Shown piece after piece: positions 25,086 through 36,450 of a stretch of DNA of 64,000 nt. Numbering within the stretch: the stretch's first letter is position 1; each line of letters starts with the position of its first letter. A program made the position numbers and the translations under genes. Source of the DNA: Lama guanicoe (lineage: Eukaryota); contig MU057352.1 in assembly GCA_013239625.1 (NCBI GenBank), forward strand, positions 5,276,157 through 5,340,156, written 5' to 3'. The notes under the pieces are model-generated. The model saw only the letters and a program-made list of their open reading frames with translations, was not told the origin of the DNA and searched no databases.

Positions 25086-25354
25086 CTGACTTAAAAAACA
25101 AAGTATGCAATAAATGCTACTCTGTATCTTAATCATTGTCATGTTATGTTTGTCACTGTTATCATATTTTAAAACTTACCATTGTTAACAATCGTCATTG
25201 TTATCATTGTCAAGGCCAGGGTTTTAATAGAAATGCCCATCTTCTAATCGATAAAATTATTAGAGAGGGTCTGAATAATTCAGAAGACATCAGCACCCTT
25301 GTGCTTTATTCCTAAGTCTGTGAAGTTGTATAAATTGTTCCTTTTCTTGATAAA

Positions 25355-25570
25355 AGTAATAGTAACACTTACATGGGGCTTATCCTCTAAGTTCTGCCTG
25401 TTTCACGTATATTCATTTCCTCATAATACCTATGAGGAAGGTATCACTGTTATCCTCGCTGGACAGAGGGGAAACTGAGGCTCAGGACGCCACGTGGCTG
25501 GTGAGTGAGAGAGCAGCATGGGAGCCAAGGCAATCTGGCCTTAGAATCCTTTCTTGACCACTAAGACATA
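25355..25570 (-). mobile_element. MIR SINE
   Basis: cctatgaggaaggtatc...acagaggggaaactgaggctcag. Confidence 0.75.
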
Positions 25571-26569
25571 CAGCCTCTCTGCTAAGGATGGAAACCACAA
25601 ACATTTCACCTCGAGTTTCTGTACCATTTCCCAGAAGAACGCCAGCCACTTAAACTCGTTTCTCAGTTGGAAAGGAGTCTTGGAAATCACTTTGTCCAGC
25701 CCCCCATCTTACAGGTGAGGACCCTGCGACCCAGGCAGGTCTGGGGACTTGGCCTGAGCCCATGTCTTTCGTTCCCAGCACAGTAGCTTTTCTGCCCACC
25801 ACCCTGTTTGTCCCCATCACTTCTTATCAACAGGGTGAGGCCCTGGGCCCTGAGTGGGAACTGAGGCTACTTCTCCAGCCTGGATGGATGCTGGCAGAGA
25901 GGATCAGGGGCACAGGTTCTTCATCACAGAGACTGGCATTTCTGGGCTTCAGTCAACAGGGCCTTTGAAGCCTTTGAAGAGGAATCAACCCAGTCCCTGT
26001 TCATCCAATAGTGGCCCCACTACTGGACATCTTAACTCAAAAACTGGGCCCTTGGCCAGACCTAGGGACATTTTACCTGGTCTGTCCCACCTCCATCTGT
26101 TTGTGCCGAGATCACATAAACAACTTCACCACCAGGGAAGTGTTAGGAGCCAACTGGGGATTCTGTATCAGAGACACGACTTGATTGGGAACGACTCCGA
26201 TGACTAATTATGGCTTCAAGGGGAATTAGCTTAGTGGCTGCGGAGGACTGACTCTTCTTACGTAAACTGGGCCATCTCACAGTTCTGAGTCTAATCATTT
26301 AATTAGCTCCATAGATAGTTAGACTTTGGGTAAGCCAGTGCAGTGTGTCGAGTAGACAGTTTGACAGTGCCTGTGCAGGGAGCCGTCACAATGCGGTTGC
26401 GGACGTGGGTGGCAGATGGCTAGTGCCCACTGAGAGGACGCAGCCCAGGCGGGGTTCCCCAGGGCTGCTGCCAGAAAACCCTCTCAGAATCTCACCAGGT
26501 GCCTGTTTTCCCTTTGATTGGAACTTGGAAAACTCTTCAGTTAAGCTCTCACAATTTTAAAAATTAAAA

Positions 26570-27450
26570 TTGTATTCATTTGACACTTTTTCTGGAATTT
26601 TAAAACCATACACGCATGTAGAAAGAGGCGTAACGAAGCTCCATGTACTCAACACTCAGCTTTAACGGTTGTCCCACTGTGGTTTCATAGAGCCTTCCCA
26701 ACTAGACAATTTTATTTGTTTATTTTTGTTTCAGTATTTTGAGGTGAATTCTGGATGTTGTACCATTTCACCAGTAAATACTTCAGGATTTATCTCTAAC
26801 CAGTAAGTACTTTCCTAAAAACATAACCTGATACTGTTACCACCTCTCACATCACCAAGAACTGCTTGACATCAACTAATACCCTGATGATAAGATATAA
26901 TAGCAATATATTTGGATTCAATTATTGCCCATTTGGTTGACTTATCCCCAGCTGTCGCAAAAAAATGCCTTTTTACAGGTGGTTTATTTGAATAGAACCC
27001 ACACAAGCTCCACACTTTGCATTTCTTAAATCTCATAAAATCTCTAGAACCTGAGTCATTTGTCCTAAAGAGTTTCCTTTGCTCTGGGTTTAGCTGATTG
27101 TATCTTTATGGTGTCATTTAACATGTTTCCTCTGTGTTCTCCTTATAAAATCAAGTCTAGAGACTAGATTGGAGTCAGGTTCAGTTTTTTTCAAGAAAAC
27201 AAAGCGAGGATTCATTAAGCAACAGTATGCTCTGAAGGGGAGAGCGAGCAGACTCAGGTGAGTAGCTGCCCAGGTTCAATCTTTAATTTTAGTTTTTTGC
27301 AAGAACTCTTCATAGGCAGTTCTGGGCTGTTCCTATTGTGTCACCTCTGGAGGCACAGAGTGACCATAGACTCAGCTTTAGTGAAATTCAGATTGATCAG
27401 GGGCTTCCTGTTGCTGATCTGATCCATCCATTACAAAGTCTATCACTGCC
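26570..27450 (-). mobile_element. Old L1M (L1MC-like) 3' UTR
   Basis: atttcaccagtaaatacttcagg; tttacaggtggtttatttgaat; ctgatccatccattacaaagt. Confidence 0.7.
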
Positions 27451-29380
27451 TCGGTCTGCTCTTTTATTAGGTATTGCCCAGCTGACCAGACGTATCAGAG
27501 CCTTTAAAGAATAAACTCAGTTCCTGTTGGTCGTGATTGTGTCACCAAATTTCTTCTCTTTATAATTCTGTGTGCTGTTCTGAATGCTCTGTGCTCCTGT
27601 CCAGAATAGTTTTCCCTCAGGAGGACAGCTCTGACCTCCGTGCTCTCTGGCTCTGGTGAACTGGGATTGCCGTTTGGGGAGACTTGCTTTACATGCAAAC
27701 TAACTCCAGGGCACCCCACCAACCTCAAACTGATTCAATTGGAAAATCAACATTTTTGATTATTTGACTTCCTTTTCCCTTCCTGCCTTCCCTCTCTTGG
27801 CAATTTTAGATAGATGACACAAAGTATTTTCACAGGAAGTCTGAACAGCTGAGCTTCTCGCATCCCGACCCCGCAGGTCATGTGGACCTTGGTTAGGCTC
27901 ATCCAGGTGCCTGCTTTGCGTAGAACACATTCTGTATCTGATCTCGCTCGATCCCCATGACATCCTTGTGATGTAGGGTATTGTCTCTGGCCCCACTTCA
28001 CAGATGGAGAGCTGAGATTCTGGGAGACGCAGACCCTAGAACTCCTGCTCCTAGCTACCACATCACAGTGGCTCCTGAAGATATGTGGGGAGCTCTGCCA
28101 GGCTTTGTTTACCTGTTTTCCAAGAATATCACTCTTGGTTATAGAGGCTAATCTAGAGGCTGTCAGGGCTTCAGAGCCAATGTCAGGGAGAGTACCCAGG
28201 AGTTAGCAGGCACTTAGAAATGTATTGAATAAATGAACCAAATCACTTAGTCGTTCTGATCTTTACTTTGTTTGGTTTTTTTAAATGGATATTTTAAAAG
28301 ACCTTTGCAGGGTTGTTAAAAGAGTCAATAAGATGCTAGGATGTAGCTGGCACAAAGTAGGTGCTTGGTAACTGGAAGTCATCATCATATGAATAATCCA
28401 AGAAAGCAGTTAATCCCAATTATCCTTGTATTTAGCTTTGGGAATGCCTTATTAGATTAAGGCAAAGTCTCACTTTCCTGATTTTATTTTGTCTAGGCTA
28501 GTGCCACTGAAAGCCCAGTCAGTCCAGGGAACACTAGTCCCTTGAGATGATTAATCGTGGCTCTAGCCAGAGAGGGTAATAAATGCTCTGAGAAGGCCTG
28601 CAGTAAAGAAAGCTGTTTAACTCAAAGTATCCAGAACATTTCATTGTGGAGCCTCTCTTCCAAGTAATATTCATTGAAGTCCAACAGATGTATTTTCTGT
28701 AGCCCACTCTTGAGCAATGCTGGTACAGGCAAATATTAAGGATAGTCTGCACCCTCTGATTTCTCTGCTAAGGAATGAAATATGCCCAATTACAAACAGG
28801 GTAGTTCCTAGGAGATAGCCTGATTAAAGTTTGCCATCTGCAATCTACAAAGTAAGTAAGAGAGACAGGCTGAGTGTTTACAGCAAAGGATGAAAAAGAT
28901 GAGTGTGTTTATAGCACATGAATCAAAGCTAGACCTCCCTAAAAGCTGTCGCCTTCCTGGTAGCCAGAAGCCTAATGTTCTAGGTCTGTCTGGTTTTAAT
29001 TATCTCAATTTATCTACTTGGAATTGACTTTTTCTCTGTTGGGCGCCTGAGTTTTTGGCTTCCATCCATGAGATATGAGCTAAAAACGTTCGAAAACAGC
29101 ACAAAGGAAAACAATGATCTGCTCCTGAAGAAGGCTGCTTCTGCAGCTGCCCCTTCGCCACTTTCCCCTCTCTCGCTTAAAGATCTTGTTGACAGTGATT
29201 CTTTGTTATGTAAAAAACATCAACAAAAATTAAACAAGTGATCATTACTTGATGTGAGGGAGCAGCCATTAATCATAAAAAAATTATTTTTTGCTATATT
29301 GGGGTAACATCTGTATTATTAATACATACTGTTTTTCTTTAAGTTATCTAATGTTTTTAAACATAAAGAAATATATTTAA

Positions 29381-29812
29381 TAATGCCATTTGCAGCAACA
29401 TGGATGGACCTGGAGATTGTCATACTAAGTGAAATAAGCCAGAAAGAGAAAGAAAAATACCATATGGTATCACTTATATCTAAATGAATGACACAAATGA
29501 ACTTATTTACAAAACAGAAACAGACTCACAGACATAAAAAACAAACTTACAGTTACCAGGGCAGTTTGGTGGGGGATGGTGGAGGGATAAATTGGAAATT
29601 CGAGATTTGCAGATACTAATTATTATACATAAAACAGAGAAACAATAAGGTCCTACTGTATAGCACAGGGAACTATATTCAATATCTTGTAATAATCTAT
29701 AATGAAAAAGAATATGAAAAGGAATATATGTATATATAATTGAAATATTATGCTGTACACCAGAAATTAACACACTGTAAACTGACTACACTTCAATTAC
29801 AAAACAAATTTT
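29381..29812 (+). mobile_element. Young L1 3' fragment with a perfect 17-bp TSD
   Basis: TSD taaagaaatatatttaa at 29364-29380 and 29813-29829; L1 3' UTR motifs. Confidence 0.95.
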
Positions 29813-29831
29813 TAAAGAAATATATTTAAAT

Positions 29832-31240
29832 AAATTCACACACCTATGCTCAATTAATCTTTGACAAAGGAGGCAAGAATATACAATGGAGAAAAGACAG
29901 TCTCTTCAGCAAATGGTGTTAGGAAAGCTGGACAACCTCATGTAAATCAATGAAGTTCGAATACTCCCTCATACCTTACACAAAAATAAACCCAAAATGG
30001 CTTAAAGACTTAAACATAAGACAGTACACCACAAATATAGAAGAGAAATCAGGCAAAACATTCTCTGACAAAAATCATAGCAATGTTCTCCTAGGTCACT
30101 CTCCCAAGGCAATAGAAATAAAAGCAAACAAATAAATGGGACCTAATTAAACATAAGCTTTTGTACAGCAAAGGAAAACATAAACAAAACAAAATAAAAC
30201 CACAATCTACAGACTAGAAGAAAATATTTGCAAATGATGCAACTGACAAAGGCTTAACTTCCAGAATATACAGACAGCTCATACAACTCAACAACAAAAC
30301 AAACAAACAAACAAATAATCCAATCAAAAAATGGGCAGAAGATCTCAACAGACATTTCTCCAGTGAAGACATACAGATGGCAAATAGGCACAGGAAAAAA
30401 CAACATTTCTAATTATCAGAGAAATGTAAATCAAAACTATAGTGAGGTATCACCTCACAGCAGTCAGAATGACCATTATTCAAAAGTCCATGAATGATAA
30501 ATGCTGGAGAGGGTGTGGAGAAAAGGGAACACTCCTAGCCTGTTGGTAGGAATGTAATTTGATGCAGCCACTATGGAGAATGATATGGAGACTCTTTAAA
30601 AAACTAAAAGTAGTATGATCCAGCAATCCCACTCCTGGGCATATATCTGGAGAAAACGCTAACTGGAAAAGATACANNNNNNNNNNNNNNNNNNNNNNNN
30701 NNNNNNNNNNNNNNNNNNNNNNNNNNNNNNNNNNNNNNNNNNNNNNNNNNNNNNNNNNNNNNNNNNNNNNNNNNNNNNNNNNNNNNNNNNNNNNNNNNNN
30801 NNNNNNNNNNNNNNNNNNNNNNNNNNNNNNNNNNNNNNNNNNNNNNNNNNNNNNNNNNNNNNNNGTGAAGTAAGTCAGACAAAGACAAATATCATGTGAT
30901 GTCACTTATATGTGGAATCTAAAAAAATGACACAAATGAACTTATCTACAAAACAGAAAGAGACTCACAAACTTAGAAAACAAACTCATGATTACCAGAG
31001 AGGAAGGTGGGCGAAGGATAAATTGGGAATTTGGGAGTAATGGTTATAAACTACTACACACAGAATAGATAAACAACAAGGTCTAACTGTGTAGCACAGG
31101 AAACTATATTCAATAGCTTGTAATAACCTGTTATGAAGAAGAATATGAAAAAGAATATACATGTATAACTGAATCACTATGCTGTACACCAGAAACTAAC
31201 ACAACATTGTAAATCAACTTTATCTCAATGAAAAAGAAAT
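29832..31240 (+). mobile_element. 5'-truncated L1 (~1.4 kb; ORF2 C-terminus and 3' UTR)
   Basis: ORF 29950-30135 gives LIPYTKINPKWLKDLNIR. Also tttgacaaaggaggcaagaatatacaatgg. One N run. Confidence 0.95.
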
Positions 31241-31479
31241 TGTAAATATATATATTTAAATGGAAGTTTATAGTACTTTATAAAAGCCAGTGTCACTCAT
31301 CATAAAGAATGAAATTTTAAAATTATAATAAAAGCAAAATAGCTTGTTAATTTTAAAACATTAAAAGGATTAAAGAAAACAATGGAAAGGAAATAACACA
31401 TCTAATAAATTTTCAAAAATGCACACTTAGAAATCAAGAGGTACTTATTAAACTTGTTAGATAAACCAAAGTTCTAAGG

Positions 31480-32070
31480 CTTTTTAAAATTCCTAGTTGG
31501 AGAGAGTGAAAGAGACACCTTAGCACTAGTTACCAAAATGACAAATGCACATACCCCTTGACCCATCATTCTCCACCTTGGGGCGATTCTTCAGACACAC
31601 TCACATACTTGCCAAATAATGAGGGCAGAAAGCTGTTCACTACAGTATTATTTGTGTTGCAAAAGATTGAAAACAGCTAAAAGATTGGCAATTCCCTAAA
31701 CATCCTGTGAGACAAATGAGGTAAAATGAAACATGATAAATGACCATGCAGTGAAATACTACACAGGCACAAAAAAGAATGATGCAGAACTTTATGTATC
31801 AACCTGAATCATCTCTAGGACGTATTATTTATAAATGAAAAAAGCAAGATGTACAAGACTGTGTAATAGTGAAGGCAAAAAATAAACAATTTTAAAACCC
31901 CAAAATACATATTTGCCCTATATGCATAAAATAAACCTAGAAAGACACAGCAGATCATATCAGTTGCTTCTGGGGAGGGGAGTTGTGTCTGGCGCAGACA
32001 TAGAAGGAAGATTTTTCACTAGACCCTTTTTTGTTTTGTTCTGTAATTTTTGAATTTTGAACCAGGTAAA
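31480..32070 (+). mobile_element. Ancient L1ME-like 3' region
   Basis: aaatgcacataccccttgaccca; gaaatactacacaggc...aaaaagaatga; ttttgaattttgaacca. Confidence 0.7.
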
Positions 32071-32073
32071 ATA

Positions 32074-32555
32074 TGATGGGCAGAACAATGACCCTGCAAA
32101 GTCCTCGTCCCTGGAATCTATGAACATGTTATGTTATGTGGCAAAGAGGAGTTCAGGTTGCAGGTAGAATTAGGGTCGCTAGTCAGCTGACCTTAAAATG
32201 AAGAGATTGCCCTGGATTATCTGAGCGGGCCTGATGTAACTCTAAGGGCCCTTCCGTGCGAAAGAGGGAGTCTGGAGAATCAGTGTCAGGGTCAGAAAAA
32301 GAACTGAAGATGCTATGCTCTTTGCTTTGAAGATGGAGGAAGGGAGCCAAGAGCCAAGAAATGAGGCAGCCTCTAGACAATAGAAGAAGCAAGGAAACAG
32401 AGTCCCCCAGAGCCTCCAGAAGGAATGCAGCCCTGACTACACCTTAATTTTAGCCCAGTGAGATCCATTGCAGACTTCTGACCTTCGAAACTCTAAGATA
32501 AAGTCCTTTTGTTTTCAGCCACTAGTTTGTGATCATCGTTGCAGCAGTAGTAAGT
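32074..32555 (+). mobile_element. MLT1D/E-like LTR
   Basis: cctggattatctgagcgggcc; ctttgaagatggaggaagggagcca; agagcctccagaaggaatgcagccctg. Confidence 0.88.
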
Positions 32556-32605
32556 ATCACTTACTTTAAATACATACATACACATATTTATATATGTAAA
32601 ATACA

Positions 32606-33088
32606 CAGGCATACCTCGGAGATGTTGTGGGCCCAGTTCCAGACCACCGTAACAAAGCAAATATCGCAATAAAGAGAGTCGTGCAATTTTTTCGTTTCCC
32701 AATACACATAAAAGTCATGTTTACACTGTACTGTAGTCTATTAAGTGTACCATAGGATCGTGTCTAAAAAACAATCTACCTGCTTTAATTAAAAATACTT
32801 TGCTGATAAACAACGCTACCCATCATCTGAGACTTCAGCGAGTTGTAGTAGTAACATCAATGATCACTGATCATAATTCACCATGACAAATACAACAATA
32901 ATGAAAAGTTTGAAATATCACGAGAATTACCAAAATGTGACACAGAGACCTGAAGTGAGCAAATACTGTTGGAAAAATGGTGCCAATAGACTTGCTCGAC
33001 CCAGGGTTGCTTCACACCTTCAATCTGTAAAAAACGCAATGTCCACGAGGCACAGTAGAGTGAAGCACGATAAGACGAGGTCGGCCTG
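32606..33088 (-). mobile_element. Non-autonomous Tigger1 derivative (Tigger1a_Art-like)
   Basis: Terminal inverted repeats caggcatacctcg (32606) and cgaggtcggcctg (33088); ttccagaccacc...aaagcaaatatcgcaataaag. Confidence 0.88.
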
Positions 33089-33099
33089 TCCAGCAACAC

Positions 33100-33335
33100 G
33101 GCGCAGAGTTTGGCCTTTGGCCAGAACTGTCCAGGCTGTACTCCTGGCTTTCCTAGCTGTGCAAACTTGGGGCGAGTTGCTTAACTTTTTGTGCCTAAGT
33201 TTTATCATTTATAAAATAGAGATAATACCATTTACTTATTTATGGGGTAACACCTACCTCACAGGGTCATGAGGAGGATGAAATTTGTTAGTACACACAC
33301 TTCCAATAGTGCCTTACACGGAGAAAGTGCTAGCA
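33100..33335 (+). mobile_element. MIR SINE
   Basis: ctagctgtgcaaacttggggcgagttgcttaac...acctacctcacaggg. Confidence 0.75.
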
Positions 33336-33999
33336 CATATTCCCTCCTGCTGTGATTAACTGTCCTCTCCAACTGGTCGGATGCTGAGAAATAATTCCCA
33401 CTTAAAATGACGTAAGTGGAACAAAACGATATAAATGTATTCAAAACCAAAAAATCCAAAGGAACTGAAAATGTTCATTTCAAGAAACCGTCTGAAGGTA
33501 CCTCCAGAATCTGTTCTTCCTCAGAAGGTCTAAAGTTACTAGGTGACACCCTAAAGTGGTCGAATAAAGTTTTCCTGGTCAACTAAGCCACTTGGAGTCT
33601 TGGAGTTTACCAATAACTTGTTAAAGGCTTTTATTAAGACTTTGAAGTGTCTCTTCCTGACATATTTTCAGATGAGTTAATATCAAGGCTTTTAGGCAAC
33701 AGAAAAAAATTAGAGTCTGCCTCATGGAGCCAGACTGGCCCTCACTGCAGCCTCTTGGCCTTGGCCTCTTGTGGAACTCACACACACCTGCCTCGCAACA
33801 GTGTATACAGGTGTTTAGCTAAACACATAGAGTAATTTGTAAAGCCAGGCCCATCCAGCTATGATATCTCACAAAGGGAAAGATTTCTACGAAAAAATAT
33901 CCCTCTTATAATTTACATAAACAAACAAAAACTTTTCTAATCCAAAGACAAGAAACTTTTGTTTGAAACTGCAGCTCTTTGGAGTCATTACCCATTTCT

Positions 34000-34900
34000 T
34001 CACACTGCCAAGGAAAAGGGTCAGGTCATTTAATCACCTGCTTGTGACATGATTGATAGTTTTATCGGCTTCACTGAGTACCTGTCTTACATCTTCGTAT
34101 ATGTTCTAGGGGGCGACGGTTTCCTTGTATCACTGAGGAAATGTAGCTTTGGTGCATCTGCCTGACTATGGAGACAGGTCTTCCAACCAGCAGAGCTCCA
34201 GCCCATCCCAGCCCATCCCAAATCCTCACTTCCAGTCCATGCCATGAGGGTCAGTGAAATGACCGTACAAGTTGGCCAAGATTAGCAGCATAAAATATCT
34301 TCATAGACATCTTTACCCAGCTCATAGATTGTCATACTGACAACCCTAACATTGAATTCACCTCACTAGGTTCGCCAATTTGCAGTGACTCGTTTCACTT
34401 CATTGTGCTAATAAAAATGGCTGCTTTATATCTATGCCAGCTGCCATTTCTGTCATTCAAATTACTGGCCAGAGGTATCTTGTCAATCATTGTGCTTAAC
34501 TTTGCTGTCATCATTATTTGCCAATTTTTTTTTTTTGCATCAGGACTGACAATTTGTCAATAAATTTAGCAGTTCCGGGCTTTGCAATTAAATACAATTA
34601 TATACATTTAGTCTCCACAGATTTTACGTTCTAATCTCCTGATACATTGTGTCTTGCCCTTAATAGTAAACTATTTTGATAGTGTTTATATGGTGTTCCA
34701 TGTACATTTCAAAATGATGCTTGATGTTGGATAAATTTATGCCAGAATTTAGGAGCATCTCTAAAATATGTGATGGGTGAGGCATCGGTTCACTTTCATT
34801 GTCTGTCTGATGGGAATCCAGATTTCAAATAATCGCTTCCTTATATGTGTGTGTTTTATTCTGTTCTGTTGTCATTTGCCTTGTTTGCATCTGATACCCT
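34000..34900. promoter_or_regulatory. Candidate conserved developmental enhancer (TALE/HOX motif cluster)
   Basis: No recognisable repeats, AT-rich. Eight TGACA/TGTCA pentamers in 34045-34559, TGATTGAT at 34050-34057, TGATTGACA on the minus strand at 34481-34489. Confidence 0.6.
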
Positions 34901-36139
34901 TGCAACACTAATGGGCAGTTCATGAGATTTATTCATGTGGTTATTACACTTGTTCACAGACAAGTGCCTTTTAAAATCACAATCCCCAGGAATGCTCCCA
35001 TTTCCAACACAATTTTCACTTGTTTGCAAACACGGATCCTCAATGGGTTCAACTGAATTTTTTTAAAAAATCAGGTCAGAATCCCAACTCCAGTGCACAA
35101 TTCTATATTCTTATACATTGCAGACTAAAAGACTGTCAACTCCCAAAAGGGATGTTTGGATTTGTTCTTGAAAAGAACACACAACGCATATAGGAATTCA
35201 GTGTTTGAGAATCCGTTCTAGCCAATGGTCCTATTTTTTTCCATAGCACTTATGACTTTCTAACATTATTTTCTTGTTATTATAGTTACTTTTGTAGTCT
35301 GTCGCTCCTCTCCCCCACCCTTACAGGAATGAAAGCTCCATGAAGTCGGGGTTTTTGTCTGTGTAGATTTACGGCTATTTCCCCAGCAGGCAAAATCCTG
35401 CCTGGGCGGGCATAAGGCGGGCTACTGAATGAAACCTGCGACCAGCAGCACAGAGACAGCATCAAGGACCCAGACCCTTTTTACCTCTCAGCTCTGCCGT
35501 CCGCAGTAACAGCTCTCTTCCTGCCTGGTTCCTTTGTGGTCACAGAGACAGTTGGCACTATCTTGCTCACAGCTCTGAGGAAAGAGAAGGCATTTGATTG
35601 GGTCAGCTTGGGTCTGTGCCCCTAGTCGGGGGTGGGGAACAGCGGGGTATGATGATATATACACAGAGAATGGCTTAAACTAATCTGGACCCGCCCTTTC
35701 TCTGACAGCCAAGTTGGAGAGTTAGAGTCAGCAACACCTGAACATGTAGAGGGCCATGGGGAGGCGGATGAACACCTGAAGTATAGAAGTGGGGGTGGAG
35801 AATGGGAGACAGACAGGAAACCAGCGCTATTACCACACTATTGACTTTTACAGTAAAGGGAAATATGAATCTTGGTCTTTTCCCTCCATCCAAATTGCCA
35901 GAACAACCTTGCAATAGCATTTTCTTGAGCATCTATTAAAGGCAGAGCATCCGTGAGAGACAAAACCCAGGAACTGCCAAGACTTAGGAACTTGGTGGCC
36001 GAGACTGAAGAAATATGGAGGAAAGATGATGCTGATTTTTAAAAACCTGATATTGGCATAAAAAGGTGTCAGGATTTGCTTTGAGACAGGGAGTCTGCTG
36101 TGGGAGCCAAGGGTAGGTCTCCAATAAGCCAGTCGTTGG

Positions 36140-36450
36140 TCATTCAGTAAACAATGAGTAAAGACCTGCCACATGCCAGGCACTGCTCCAGGCACTGGGG
36201 TACAGCAGGGAGCAAGCCCCGCCCTTGTGGAACTTACCTGTTATTGGTGAGAGATAACTAATGAACAGAACATTAATAAAATCTGAGCATAGCAGACAGT
36301 GATATATGCTATGGAGAAAAATAAAGCAGGAAAGAGGTTAGATGTATTGACTGGGGAGTTAAGGGCAGCAAATTTCCATTTCGTGACTAAGGAAGGTAAC
36401 AGATGAACAAAAGTTAGAGATGAGGGAGCAAGCCCACAGATACTGGGGGA
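36140..36450 (-). mobile_element. L2 fragment
   Basis: cattcagtaaaca...atgccaggcactgctccaggcactgggg; tgctatggagaaaaataaagcagg. Confidence 0.8.
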
